A stretch of 63,999 nt of DNA, filler included, from Octopus bimaculoides (GCF_001194135.2; 9 parts of 8 records of this genome joined end to end with filler, not necessarily neighbours in it), one strand, 5' to 3'. Shown: positions 35,639-49,236, numbered from the whole stretch's first letter. Notes: generated by a model not told the origin, from the letters alone. Numbers and translations are program-made.

Positions 35639-36444
35639 TCATCTACATCATCATCGTCAAGACAATGAATCAAGAGTGAATGAGAAAAAATATATATAAC
35701 AAAGAGAAATGAAGCTAAAAATCGATATTGGATAAGGCAGCAGGAATATAATGGAGTATAATGGTTAGCCAAGGAAGAACTGTATTTTCGTGATCTGAAA
35801 AGCTGCCGAGAGGAAAATAGAATAAATAATATCAAAGTAGTGTTGTATCGAATTTATAATAGGAACATAATCGATCCCCTGTGTAAGAAAATGTTGGAAT
35901 GGAACCCTGGCATCGACCACTACCACCTTGTTTCTACGACATAGTCATTCATCTCAATTATTTGTTCCACACAGCACAACCACCACCACCACTACCATTA
36001 ATTCGTGTTTCATGGTTGTAGCTTTTTTTTTTTTGTTTTTGCCTGTGATTTCTTCTCGATGTAACAAACTACATACTTCTATTTCTATGTATTCTTGGCT
36101 CCCAGTCTCTATTTGTCTCTCTCACTCGCTCCCTATCTCTCCTCCCTTTCTCTCTCTCCCTTCTCTCTCTCCCCTTCTCTCACTCCCCCACTCTACCTCT
36201 CTTTCTCTCCCTTTCTACGTTTATCTTTCAATACACACATACATGATGCTTATGTATATGTATACATACATATATCTATGTGTTTGTGCGTGTATATATA
36301 TTTACACACACATAAATGTATACATACACACACAAGTATACACACACAAAAGTATATATATATATTTAGGGAGAGAGAGTGAGTAAGAAATAGATAGATA
36401 GATATGTATATGTATGTATGCACGTACTTGTGTGTGTGTGTATG

Positions 36445-36477
<33 letters not shown>

Positions 36478-36691
36478 GTGTGTGTGTCCACATAGATAGA
36501 TACAGTATATAGTCAACAGATGCGATCCAGAAATTCTTGGCAGAGAAAAAACTTTGTACCGCTCAAATGATTCGATGTCCTTACGAGCGACCAAATCTGC
36601 GAGGTAAAGAGTCGCTATAATAGGAATCCTGGTGAGCAGATATTGAGGCAATTATGCGGATAAATAAAATATTAGAGTTTGGGTTTGATAT

Positions 36692-36736
<45 letters not shown>

Positions 36737-37308
36737 GTACGTACATGCGTGTGTGTGCACGCGCGGGTGCGTTCGTGTGTGCACGTGCGGGTGCGTTCGT
36801 GTGTGTATGCGCGTGTGTGCGTGCATACGCATGTATACATGCAAATATGTAAGTACGTATACATGCAACCAGAAAGAAAGCAAAACTTAGAGATTATCAG
36901 ACGATGGATATCTAAGTACTAATATATAGATATTTGTATATCAATAGCTCAGATATATAAAGAGTAGAAATGACAGAGAAAATATTACATTTGTGTTCAT
37001 GATACAAAGAAGTTTAAAGGTTGAATCCCTGATGACGGGGACGCGATTAACCCAATGTTTATTTGCTTCAATAACTAGCTGCACATTATTGTGAACTACA
37101 TCTAACTGTATTATGATGGATCTCTGACCCCCTAGAAACAGCTGTTGGACTTATTACTCATTAGTTCATGCCCTTAATTTTTCTGTCGTTTGTACTCCGT
37201 GTAAGTTTGATATATTAATATATAAATATATAGACATTTATACTTAAATATTCATCGCCTGAAAATTTGTGTGTATATATGTGTGTATACATACATACAT
37301 ATATATAC

Positions 37309-37343
<35 letters not shown>

Positions 37344-37827
37344 AATATATATATANNNNNNNNNNNNNNNNNNNNNNNNNNNNNNNNNNNNNNNNNNNNN
37401 NNNNNNNNNNNNNNNNNNNNNNNNNNNNNNNNNNNNNNNNNNNNNNNNNNNNNNNNNNNNNNNNNNNNNNNNNNNNNNNNNNNNNNNNNNNNNNNNNNNN
37501 NNNNNNNNNNNNNNNNNNNNNNNNNNNNNNNNNNNNNNNNNNNNNNNNNNNNNNNNNNNNNNNNNNNNNNNNNNNNNNNNNNNNNNNNNNNNNNNNNNNN
37601 NNNNNNNNNNNNNNNNNNNNNNNNNNNNNNNNNNNNNNNNNNNNNNNNNNNNNNNNNNNNNNNNNNNNNNNNNNNNNNNNNNNNNNNNNNNNNNNNNNNN
37701 NNNNNNNNNNNNNNNNNNNNNNNNNNNNNNNNNNNNNNNNNNNNNNNNNNNNNNNNNNNNNNNNNNNNNNNNNNNNNNNNNNNNNNNNNNNNNNNNNNNN
37801 NNNNNNNNNNNNNNNNNNNNNNNNNNN

Positions 37828-37869
<42 letters not shown>

Positions 37870-38292
37870 ATTTAAAATTTGATTCCGAAAATGCCGGGAT
37901 GTGGAATGTGTGTTGAGCCTGTCATTTTGGCAACAAGTGTTCTTACTTTATTTCAACACCACACCTGGAACCTTCCCTAGGCTGGAACTGGAACTAACAA
38001 TGAATCTGATAATTGCGTACTAGCCTGCGTGTGTATTGAAAATTTCATATACTTGTATATTTATATGGATATGTACGTTGGTCTGTTCATGTGCATGTAT
38101 ATGTAATGGTTCTGACATATCAGCATATGCGTTGGTATATGTGTGAGTGTGAGTATCTGTATACGGTATATACACGGCTAGGCTAATGTCAACCCTATGT
38201 TGGTGTCATTGTTTTGAAAATACCTTGATTCAAATGAATCCTACAAACAACTAATTTATACATACACACAGACACACATACACACACACACG

Positions 38293-38620
38293 GAACAGCC
38301 TGCTCAAGAAATTAACGTTCAAGAGGCTGAGCACTCCACAGACACGTGTACCCTTAACGTAGTTCTCGGGGATATTCAGCGTGACACAGTGTGACATGGC
38401 TGACCCTTTGAATTACAGGCACAACAGAAACAGGAAGTAAGAGTGAGAGAAAGTTGTGGTGGAAGAGTACAGCAGGGTTCGCTACCATCCCCTGCCGTAG
38501 CCTCGTGGAGCTTTAGGTGTTTTCGCTCAATAAACACTCACAACGCCCGGTCTGGGAATCGAAACCATGATTCTCTGAGCGCGATTCCGCTACCCAACCA
38601 CTGGGCCATTGCGCCTCCAC
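38293..38620 (-). mobile_element. SINE with the family D tail and a different tRNA head and body
   Basis: Minus-strand head GTGGAGGCGCAATGGCCCAGTGGTTGGG..GGTTTCGATTCCCAGACC; tail shared with 7240 and 45868. Confidence 0.8.
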
Positions 38621-38673
38621 TCTCTAACGTACATATATATCTTTATATACATATATATGTATATATACACACA

Positions 38674-38891
38674 CGACGGGGTGCTGAAAAGCTCCTGCCT
38701 TAAAGGGTATCACGAAAGGCTTGATTGAAGTCCTAATCCTTTGAGTTCCTTTAAAGGGTTTAGAAAAACCGAAGGACCGCAGCAATAATTGTGTGAATCT
38801 GAGAGGGGAATATGTTGAATAAAATCATAATTAACTGATCCTCCTGAATTTTCTTTTACTCAAACCCAGGAACTTTTCGGAACCGTCCTCG
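38674..38891. mobile_element. mariner-type MITE
   Basis: TIRs CGACGGGGTGCTGAAAAGCTCCTG / CAGGAACTTTTCGGAACCGTCCTCG; the TA TSD appears decayed to CA/TG. Confidence 0.75.
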
Positions 38892-39096
38892 TGTTTATGA
38901 TTAATAGTTTGCTAACATTCCTGATTTAAGGTTCCATATTTGAATGCACATTCATCTCCTAAAATCTACACCCTGGAAATTCAATCATCACATCGGAAAT
39001 TAGGCTAAAGATTAGAGTTGTTCCGCCTATTGAAACATGTATATTAAAACATCAGAATACCAGTAAGATTTTCCACGATTCTCCTCATATCTACTT

Positions 39097-39250
39097 TTAT
39101 TTCCTTTTGCTTGAGTCCCTCGACTGCGACCATATAGGAGCACCAACTTGAGAAGATCGATTCCCGTACTTATTTTTAATTGTGGTACGAAAATCTATTT
39201 TTCGTTTACCGAGCCGCTTAGTGACGGTGGAAGGACAAACAAAGGCACTT
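39097..39250 (-). mobile_element. SINE family B, 3' part
   Basis: GACTGCGACCATATAGGAGCACC = reverse complement of the family B tail. Confidence 0.6.
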
Positions 39251-40649
39251 ATATACATACATGCATGCATGCATATATCTACACATACATATACATACAT
39301 ACACACATACATATATATTTATGTATGTCTGTATGCATGCATGTATGTATACGACTAGCTCCCACCCATTTTCCGACAATCAAATTCACTCCCAAGTTAT
39401 TAGTATATATATATATATATNNNNNNNNNNNNNNNNNNNNNNNNNNNNNNNNNNNNNNNNNNNNNNNNNNNNNNNNNNNNNNNNNNNNNNNNNNNNNNNN
39501 NNNNNNNNNNNNNNNNNNNNNNNNNNNNNNNNNNNNNNNNNNNNNNNNNNNNNNNNNNNNNNNNNNNNNNNNNNNNNNNNNNNNNNNNNNNNNNNNNNNN
39601 NNNNNNNNNNNNNNNNNNNNNNNNNNNNNNNNNNNNNNNNNNNNNNNNNNNNNNNNNNNNNNNNNNNNNNNNNNNNNNNNNNNNNNNNNNNNNNNNNNNN
39701 NNNNNNNNNNNNNNNNNNNNNNNNNNNNNNNNNNNNNNNNNNNNNNNNNNNNNNNNNNNNNNNNNNNNNNNNNNNNNNNNNNNNNNNNNNNNNNNNNNNN
39801 NNNNNNNNNNNNNNNNNNNNNNNNNNNNNNNNNNNNNNNNNNNNNNNNNNNNNNNNNNNNNNNNNNNNNNNNNNNNNNNNNNNNNNNNNNNNNNNNNNNN
39901 NNNNNNNNNNNNNNNNNNNNNNNNNNNNNNNNNNNNNNNNNNNNNNNNNNNNNNNNNNNNNNNNNNNNNNNNNNNNNNNNNNNNNNNNNNNNNNNNNNNN
40001 NNNNNNNNNNNNNNNNNNNNNNNNNNNNNNNNNNNNNNNNNNNNNNNNNNNNNNNNNNNNNNNNNNNNNNNNNNNNNNNNNNNNNTATACATATCTATAT
40101 ATGCATGTGTGTCAATAGACACACTTACAGACTCATTATATGCATATACACAAACCCATACTCACATTGCTTACATTGCAATATTACAATTTGGCAAGTG
40201 TATGATAAAGAGGGTACTCATTACATAATACAGAACATGTTGCTGATTTAATCAATTTTTCTTATGATTCGAGTTTATCGCCACTGTAGTCTTTCCAATA
40301 TAAAAACATACTTTCCAATATATGCATTAATGTATTCGCACCAATATTTGTTTAGTCTCACCGTAATATATTTACAATCATAATTGTACAAATATTGCTA
40401 ATTAAATGTACACATATTCTTAATTCGTTATTTTACTTTACTTTTCTAATCGTTTATACAAATGTGTAATACAGACGAAGGGTTGCGTGACGTATCACTT
40501 TCTTTGGAAATGTCAGACTTTTTCTGCAACTCGTCCTGTATGTTTAGTTTCAAAACCATTCAGTCTATTCGTAAATTTCCTTCGTGAAAATCTTGAGACC
40601 AGCTGTTCCGAGGATGGAGTAATTTTTGTGTTATACTTATGACATATCT

Positions 40650-40925
40650 AAGAGGGAATGGCATCAAAGTTTGTTATCAGGATTATACCAAAGCCTGAAA
40701 AGGATGCTAGTCCATAATGCCTAAGCTCCCAACCACTCCGTCTAGAAAAAGGATCAGGTACTACTACAATAGCTTTTATTCCAAGTGTCACCAGCTGTTT
40801 AATAACTGGCCAAAATATTTGAGGTATGTACATGAAGTGGGGATAGATGTTTTCAAGAACCATCTGGAGATTCAGGTGTGCAAGATACCAGATGAGTCAA
40901 TAATTCGGCAAGAAGTCTTGCCTGT
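40650..40925 (+). mobile_element. CR1-type LINE ORF2 C-terminal fragment
   Basis: PKLPTTPSR..YYNSFYSKCHQLFNNWPKYLRYVHEVGIDVFKNHLE..KIPDE resembles the CR1 C-terminal QLFN.LP..LR...VD.FK..LD..IPDEP motif. Confidence 0.65.
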
Positions 40926-41343
40926 TGGAAATGTGATGCAAATGGCGGTGCTACAGAGTGGCCACAGTTTTTGAACTGGAACATATGAAGGAAAATAAAA
41001 GAACACATGAAGGAACACATATATACAGTTACGTATAGCTAACTATATATGTGTGTGTGTGTGTATATACTTATGCATTCATATACATATATATGTGTAT
41101 GTATTTCATATGTATAATATATTTATATATAGGTGTGTGTATGTATATATGCATGTATGCGTGCATGCATCTATGTATGTATGTATTCATGTATATACGT
41201 ATATGCAAAGAAATACAAATGGCGGTGCTACAAAATGTCCACAGCTTTGGACCTGGAACATGAACGAAAAAAAACACACGTATATGAATGATATATATAT
41301 ATATATATATAACAGACTGGAGCGAACACGTTACAATGAAGTA

Positions 41344-41382
41344 GAGAAATTTGAAAAGACAACACGAAACCGGTTATTTCTC
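41344..41382 (+). ncRNA. Decayed minimal hammerhead motif
   Basis: Perfect stem I GAGAAAT/ATTTCTC, core TTGAAAA (two transitions from CTGAAGA), GAAAC and palindromic ACCGGT stem III. Confidence 0.45.
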
Positions 41383-41551
41383 GAAATACAATGTTTATAT
41401 ACAAAAAAGATTTTATAACATTTTTCTAACATTTTTCTGACATAATTTAAATATATACTTTAACCATATAACACAAGCCTTCTGTAGTTTTTTCACTCTT
41501 ATTATCTTTTATACATCCAACCACGTGCTTTCACATACCAACTTTCTCACA

Positions 41552-41633
<82 letters not shown>

Positions 41634-42440
41634 CACTCAAACGCATATATATTATACAAACTCGAGGTGTATGTATTTGTTCCTGTGTGTGGCGTCTCTT
41701 TTTACTTTCCATTATTAGTCCTTATTAGCCTCTAGCATTATCAATTGAAGACCGTTAAACATTTCGATCACGTAGCTGGGATTTCGAAACCACATGTTTA
41801 CTTCACAACTTGCGAAGTGTCTATTCTATTATTTTTTTTTGTGTATCGTATTCCGTTTACAATGTTCTCTGTCTAATATGCGTCTAGTTCTGTAAAACCT
41901 AACCGTTATTAGTCGCTCAGCGTTACATGGAAACTCTATTCACAAGCATTGTTCAATCCCTGTTTCTTTCTCCCAGTTTATATATCATTCATAATGCCAT
42001 ATTCTTTTCCTATGTATGCACAGGATACATACATACATACATACAAACATACATACATATATACGAATGTATACACACACACACATTTGGAAGAATGCAT
42101 CTCGAGTCTGATAGTAAAGCGATGAATAAGAGTGAGTAATTATCAGGTTAAAAGGAATAGGTAAGCAGCCTTCGAAGTTTCTAATCATATGGTCTACTAA
42201 CCCAATATTTACACGCTACTATTCATAATTTCATCATCTGCTTCGAGATCCACTGTTTTCCCAAAAATTATTTCAAGTTCACTTGAGGTTTATAATTTCA
42301 TGCAACGTCATTGATATATATATATATATATATATATATANNNNNNNNNNNNNNNNNNNNNNNNNNNNNNNNNNNNNNNNNNNNTTAATTAATTAANNNN
42401 NNNNNNNNNNNNNNNNNNNNNNNNNNNNNNNNNNNNNNNN

Positions 42441-42940
42441 AAGGCATGGAAGTGCCGTCTTGCCGACATGCCCAAGATGTGGGCGAGATAGGGAAACCGT
42501 CTTGCACGCTTTCGTGGAATGTTCGGAGTTGTCGGGACTGATAGCTTTTGCAGAACAACTGTTGTCAGTAATAGGAAGAGTACAGCTATCAGCTGAGTCT
42601 ATCATTGAGATTGTGCCACCTCCTTTCTTTGACAGGGAAAGCAAGGCCTGTTTTTTCTGCGTAGTCGCCATACTGAAAGAAATAGTATGGAAGACGCGTG
42701 TGAAAGGTATAGTGACAGGTACCTTTGTCTCCGGCCAGGGGTTGGTTAAATTTTTTAGTTACCACCTCAGTAGCAACATCAGGCTGGAGAAGAAGTGCCT
42801 GTCACGGGATATGTTTGTGAAAAGATGGAAGTCTGTGGAGCGAAAGCTGAGTACGAGTGGTAACTAGTAAGTAAAGTCAATCAAGAGGGAATGGTTCTAC
42901 CAGGATGGTCGGGTACCTTCCCTCAAAGTAAACTCATTGC
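42441..42940 (+). mobile_element. Tx1/L1-clade LINE 3' end (C-terminal zinc finger of ORF2 and 3'UTR)
   Basis: CPRCGRDRETVLHAFVEC (CX2C..H..C) and EIVWKTR; the frame is open from the gap to the stop at 42867. Confidence 0.8.
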
Positions 42941-43094
42941 AAATTGCAATGACTCTATTTTAAAAAAATTTTAGACTTTTAACGATAATTGATAATTTTT
43001 AATCGATAAAGCTACTCCACCTTTATGTCTGTCTGTCTGTCTGTCCTTGTTTGTCCCCTCTATGTAACGCCGTTAATGGCAAATATTTTATGAA

Positions 43095-43227
43095 ATAGAG
43101 TAGCCTGCTTACCAACCATATGATTCCAGGTTCAGTCCCACTGCGTGGCACCTTGGACGGATGTCTTCTACTAAAGCCTTCGGGTCGACCAAAGCCTTGT
43201 GAGTGAATTTGGTAGACGGAAACTGAA
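43095..43227 (+). mobile_element. SINE family B, 5' half, runs into a gap
   Basis: GGTTCAGTCCCACTGCGTGGCACCTTGG..GATTTGGTAGACGGAAACTGAA-type sequence. Confidence 0.8.
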
Positions 43228-43625
43228 NNNNNNNNNNNNNNNNNNNNNNNNNNNNNNNNNNNNNNNNNNNNNNNNNNNNNNNNNNNNNNNNNNNNNNNNN
43301 NNNNNNNNNNNNNNNNNNNNNNNNNNNNNNNNNNNNNNNNNNNNNNNNNNNNNNNNNNNNNNNNNNNNNNNNNNNNNNNNNNNNNNNNNNNNNNNNNNNN
43401 NNNNNNNNNNNNNNNNNNNNNNNNNNNNNNNNNNNNNNNNNNNNNNNNNNNNNNNNNNNNNNNNNNNNNNNNNNNNNNNNNNNNNNNNNNNNNNNNNNNN
43501 NNNNNNNNNNNNNNNNNNNNNNNNNNNNNNNNNNNNNNNNNNNNNNNNNNNNNNNNNNNNNNNNNNNNNNNNNNNNNNNNNNNNNNNNNNNNNNNNNNNN
43601 NNNNNNNNNNNNNNNNNNNNNNNNN

Positions 43626-43668
<43 letters not shown>

Positions 43669-44154
43669 ATCTTTTTGGCGTACATCATTTCAAAACATGC
43701 ATAAGTAATGAACGATTTCGATTACTTTTAATATTTAAGAAGCTTTATCTTTTTTTTTAGAAATAGCAAAATTGTCTGTTTTTCTGTTTATGCTTATTCA
43801 ACAATAAAAAAAAATTAAATTAAATTGTAAGGTTTTCTGTATAACAAAAAAAATGTAATAAACTGAAATATTTTCAATCTGGTATTGAAATTGTATCGCA
43901 TTCGGTTTTTCACTCGAGCCTCTTTCACGTATAAAAGAGAAAAAATATTTCAAGGGAGACTACTGTGGGGGTATTAAATAATCTTGTGTCATCATCATCA
44001 TCATTATAATCACCCTCTTTTATATTTTCAGCCGATTTATTTTTTTATTTAATTTTATTCTATTTTTTGTTGTTGAATTAGGTTAGACGGAAGTATTTAT
44101 ATAAGAATCTCTCTCTATCTCACACAAACCCCTCCCTCTCTCCTAATTCTACCT

Positions 44155-44189
<35 letters not shown>

Positions 44190-45070
44190 TCATTTTTCCC
44201 CGCTATCATGTTTTCGCAATGCCTTCATTAATACCCGACACCCGTTTATCTATCTATTTATTCATTCATTCATTCATTTACTTATTATAAAAACGCTATT
44301 AAGAAAGAAGGAGGGAAATATAAACACTGGATGAATAGTCTATCCTTTGTGGGATCTCTCGTCTGAACGGCCAGACGACACCAATTTTGAGAGATCCACA
44401 CACGTACACAGCCCCCCTTCTCTTTATCACAATAGAAGTTAATTAAAGCGTCGTCTTTCGTGCTTTGTGTCTGTCGGCTGACACTTTCCCCTTCAAGTCT
44501 TGAAAGAATTTCTCTATAAAAAAATGGCGTGTGTGTGTGTATGTGTTTAGGTATGCGGGTATGTAGGTGTATTAATATATGTACAGGTGTATGTACGTAT
44601 GCTTGTACGTATGTGTGTATATTCAGCTGTCTCTGTATATGTGTGTGTGTGTGATTATGCATGTATGATTATATATATATATATATGCACATATGTGTGC
44701 GCATAAATACATGTGTGCGTATGCACATCCAGGAACACACACACACACACACACACACTGTGCCACATATACATATGATCACACACAATATACACACATA
44801 TATATATATATATATATATATTGATAGAAAGGGCAACAAAAGAAAGAAAGAGACCTCGATATTATGTAAATAGAGGAATTTATCCCACCCCGGCATCCGG
44901 AACTCGGAGTTTTATCATGGCTACCGAAGAAGTGTCACATATTTTTTACAGATATATATATATATATATANNNNNNNNNNNNNNNNNNNNNNNNNNNNNN
45001 NNNNNNNNNNNNNNTTAATTAATTAANNNNNNNNNNNNNNNNNNNNNNNNNNNNNNNNNNNNNNNNNNNN

Positions 45071-45400
45071 TTTCAGGGGACTTCAGGCAAACACTGCCAG
45101 TTATTCCCAAGGGGAATAGAGCTGATACAGTACGTGCGTGTCTTAAGTCATCTGCATTGCTAAGACATTGTTACAATTGTGAGAACAATAACACAGCTTT
45201 TTCAGGGCCACCTCACATTCTATTGTTACCCACTTCTCAGAGTGCTGCAATGCTCTAGGCAAGGCTTTCTGTCCAGTTGCAAATTGATTGGTTGGTTTTC
45301 AACTTATAGCAAACTTTCCCTCAATAATCATAATTGAGTAGAATCATCAACAGTACTTTAAAACAATTAAGCCCCGAGCAACGCCGGGCACTTCTGCTAG
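45071..45400 (+). mobile_element. Internally deleted Helitron: helicase motif III joined to the 3' terminus
   Basis: SGDFRQTLPVIPKGNRADTVRACLKSSAL; 3' hairpin CCCGAGCAACGCCGGG and terminal CTAG at 45397-45400 followed by T. Confidence 0.85.
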
Positions 45401-45437
45401 TATATAATATATATATATATATGTATATACACACACG

Positions 45438-45810
45438 CGTGACTGTGTGCTAAGAAGCTTGCTTCCCGACCTTATAGTTCAGTCCTACTGTGTGGTACCT
45501 AGAGCAAGTGTCTTCTACAGCCTTGTCAGTAGATTTGGTAGATGGAAACTGTACGAAGCCTGTCCTGTATATATAGTATATGTGTGTGCGTGTATGTGTG
45601 TGTGTCTTTGTGTCTCTGTTTGTCCCCTACCACCGCTTGACAGCAGGTGTTGAGGTGTTTATGCTCCCGCAACCAGCGGTTCGGCAAAATAGACCAATAG
45701 AATAAGTAATAGGCTTATAAAAAGTCCTGGGGTCAATTCATTCGAGTGAAACAGTTCAAGGCTGTGCCATAGCATGGCCGCAGTCAGATGATTGGAACAA
45801 ATTAAAGATA
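45438..45810 (+). mobile_element. SINE family B, near full length
   Basis: Head, internal (TG)n, GCGGTTCGGCAAAA and AGCATGGCCGCAGTC tail. Confidence 0.85.
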
Positions 45811-45867
45811 AAAGATAGAAGCTATATACAACACACACACGCATAGTTGTATAGGTAAACAACGGGA

Positions 45868-46135
45868 TTAAATGGCATCCTGTCTGTTACGACGACGAGT
45901 CTTCCAGTTGATCCAATCAACGGAACAGCCTGCTGATGAAATTTACGTGCAAGTGGCTGAGCACTTCACAGACACGCGTAACCCTTGATATAGTTCTCAG
46001 GGAGATACAGCGTGACACAGAATGTGATTAGGCTGACCCTGTGAAGTAAGGTGCCTTGCTCAAGGAAACGTTGCGCCGCCATGTAGCGAACTCACGACCT
46101 TGCGATCGTGAGCACCTTAACCACTAAGCCACGTG

Positions 46136-46138
<3 letters not shown>
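45868..46138 (-). mobile_element. SINE family D, internally shortened
   Basis: tRNA head on minus, CCTTGAGCAAGGCAC domain and the shared tail. Confidence 0.75.
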
Positions 46139-46179
<41 letters not shown>

Positions 46180-46650
46180 TTATATATATATATATATATA
46201 TATATAATTTAAAGAAGAGGAAAACAGAATCACGGCAGGACAAGCTTAGTTCAATTAAATTAGTTTAATGGTGAAACGAAGTAAGCAAAAATGCATAATA
46301 GTGTCTTACAGCTGTTTCAGGGATATTCCAAGTAAGTGTCTCTTCGGGTCATAGACAGATATAACTCATTAAAATATATAAACATACATACNNNNNNNNN
46401 NNNNNNNNNNNNNNNNNNNNNNNATATGCATTGTTGTATTTCGGGACAGTTACTTTTTTTTTACCAATTAAACACGCATTTTATATACCTTCTTCATTAC
46501 TGTTCTTATTTTAACTCATGTCCACTGTCTGGAAATCTTTTGTCACACATCTGTGACCTCTGTCTAGATATGTAATTATACGCATGAGGATACATATATA
46601 AAACATACAAATCTGCACATACATACATACATACATACATACATACATAC

Positions 46651-46762
46651 AAACAAAATACCCTGTTGCTGATGTTGAAATTCCAATGAAGGAAACTTGG
46701 ATCTAGGTTAGAAACCGGTTCTTTCTTTACCGGCAAGAAATCTTGAAGTAAACTGAAAACTG
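46651..46762 (+). mobile_element. 3'UTR-only copy of the RLE-type LINE seen at 56010
   Basis: Shares GAAATTC(C/T)AATGAAGGA..CTTGGATCTAG.TTAGAAA.CGG.TCTT..TTGAA.TAAA.TGAA with 56370-56435; lies between (CATA)n and (CA)n. Confidence 0.7.
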
Positions 46763-46825
46763 ACACACACACACACACATTTATATACATATATTCAGAA
46801 GGGTGGGGGATCCGGACTGCATAGA

Positions 46826-47140
46826 AGTGAAAACCCAATTTTTCAATGGTTTCATTGATGTGGGCGGTATATGTGACCTGCATTGTCAGGCAACTACAAC
46901 TCTTAACTTGACAATAGATCTCGATCCACTCGTACATACGCAGTAGAGCGCTGCCTCGGAATTTTACTGGAAGCCTGTATATGAATTTCAGCCGCTGACC
47001 AGAGAAATTGTATCATTGATCTCTGTTCTTCCTTGGTATCAGCGGAGCGGCCATGTTTATACTCTGCAACACAGCAAAGAAAACTTGAGCGATCAAGGTC
47101 AAACTTAGGTTCGAAGAAACTTTGGGTGAAAGTCAGGTAA
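46826..47140 (-). pseudogene. mariner transposase N-terminal HTH fragment, degenerate
   Basis: TKEEQRSMIQFLWS.AEIH, then after a frameshift YEWIE and INETIEKLGFH. Confidence 0.75.
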
Positions 47141-47165
47141 TTATTTACTTGCTCTTCTATATAAA

Positions 47166-47203
<38 letters not shown>

Positions 47204-47216
47204 GCCACGCAAACAC

Positions 47217-47259
<43 letters not shown>

Positions 47260-47299
47260 GTCATGCAAACNNNNNNNNNNCACACAGCCACGCAAACAC

Positions 47300-47342
<43 letters not shown>

Positions 47343-47757
47343 GTCATGCAAACAGGAAATTAGAACTCAAAATATGAGTATATGTATATTTTTATTAATA
47401 TTTAGCAGAAGTGATTCAAGGTCCTAGAGTTTCGTGAGTTGGCACTTATCAAACTAGTATGTATATGATAATGCAATTGAAACAGTTGTTGGATTTTTAA
47501 GGTGTAATCTAAGATAAAGATAGGATTTTCTTCGTACATATTATTGATTGTTATATGTGTGTGTGCGTGTATAAAGTTTGTCCACCTTCAGATTTCACCC
47601 TGTGCTATCCACTAGTAGTATAATACGTATTTCCAGATTTGCATTTGGGCTTCTGTCGTATGTGAATAGATAGTTAAAAAAAATTATAGAGTCAACGGTT
47701 GGACATTTATTTTCAATCACAACCGCACTCCTTTTTGTTGACTACAAATTTTTTCAA

Positions 47758-49060
47758 TTATATATATATGATGAGATCCTTTTCCTCTTTGATCAGTTTT
47801 AGGACAATGTTAAACAGGGCAGGGCCTGTTGAGGAAAAGAAATTGTGTCGCAGTGTACCTACATGTTGAGCAGGGGACGTATGGCCCGTGGTCCCAGCCT
47901 TGAAACTAATGTTCAGGTCGTTTGGGCAATGCTGGCGGTATATTCTCCACATCGTGCAAATGATGTATCGCTCGCGGCGGTACTGGAGAGAGTAAAGTTT
48001 CAAGGCTTTAAGGCGGCGATCGAAGTAATCGAGATCAGTCATGCCCTGAATTCGTTAATGAGTGCCCTCTGGGGTGATTCAATTTTCGAAATGTTTTGTT
48101 TTGTTTGAGGAGACTACAGAGGGCAGTAGTATTCGAGGTGTGGCCGTACAAAGGAGGAGAAAAGTGGAATGATGACACCTTGTTCTCTGGACCGCAAGGT
48201 TCTTAAGATCCAGGAGCTCATCCTACGAGCTATATCGACCTTATTGTTGATGTGGGCACTCCAACTGAGATTGTTATCAACAATTACACCTAGGTCTCTG
48301 ATATTATTAGATGCTGTGAGCGGTTCCCATGAAGGAAGAGAGTATGGCTATTTTAGTATAGTCTTTCTTCCAAAATGCATCAGTTCGAATTTTCCCTCGT
48401 TTAGTTGCATTTTGTTTTTGTCTGTCCATTGACTCACCGCGTATAGGTCAGACTGGAGTTGAGTTCGGTCATCTTCTTCATTGATGATTTGCTGGACCTT
48501 AGTGTCATCAGCAAATATTTTCACTTTGCAGTGATTTACGACGCTGGAAAGGTCGTTTATGTAGATTATAAAGAGGAGCGGGACACCACTGGTGACTTTT
48601 GCTGGGTTTGAGTGGACTCCATCGACCACAACATGTGTTCTATTCGCCAGGAAATACTCAATCCAGTGTGGAAGTTTTCCACGGATTCCAACATTTGCCA
48701 ATTTTGAGAGTAAGATATTATGGTCAACCCTGTCGAACGCTTTACTGAAGTCAAGATATATGACATCAGAGTTCGAACCTGTTCCCAAGGATTTAAGTAT
48801 ATCCTCAATGTAAGAGCTGTGTTAGACAGTCCCTGTCACAGCAAAAGCCATGCTGATTTGCATTTAGGAGTTTGTGGATCTCCAGGAAGCCAACTGTCCT
48901 TGATCTTACCACTCTTTCGAACACTTTAATGATGTGGGAGGTGAGTGAGATTGGGCGATAATTGACTTCGAGGGATCTGTTTCCCTGTTTCAAAACTGGG
49001 ATGACAGACTGGGTTAGGAGCTGTTTCGGTATATAACCTGAAACTAAAGAATTTCTCCAC
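47758..49060 (-). pseudogene. CR1-type LINE reverse transcriptase, decayed, 5'-truncated
   Basis: NYRPISLTSHIIKVFER, NQHGF, YLDFSKAFDRVDH, SGVP..LLFIIYIND, FADDTK, LKLYSLQYRRER and LFNI; frameshifts present. Confidence 0.92.
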
Positions 49061-49148
49061 TGGGACCACGGGCCATTTCTAAAGAATTTTTAGGTAAAAT
49101 TATACTAATGTGTCCACCCATTTTAATTTAATTTAATTCTATGTCTTT

Positions 49149-49236
49149 ATGCAGCTGAGGATTGCTCTGCATTTAAATTGATGTAATGATTGCATTGTCC
49201 ATTTAAATGCAGTTGCTTGAAACGGTCGTACTGCAT
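49149..49236 (+). ncRNA. Type I hammerhead ribozyme motif with intact core (Penelope-type)
   Basis: ATGCAG CTGAGGA [stem II with 12-bp CTGCATTTAAAT/ATTTAAATGCAG] GAAAC GGTC GTA CTGCAT; predicted cleavage after 49230. Confidence 0.65.

Noticed and set aside
46675-46730. CCAATGA...GAAACCGGTT in the RLE 3'UTR as a hammerhead
   Set aside because: The core is C(C/T)AATGA in both copies rather than CTGANGA, and stem I does not pair.
47200-47355. Direct repeats across tiny gaps (47200-47270 / 47281-47355; 62550-62645 / 62655-62740; 24884-25242 / 25314-25672)
   Set aside because: Identical sequence on both sides of a short N run is typical of unmerged contig overlaps.
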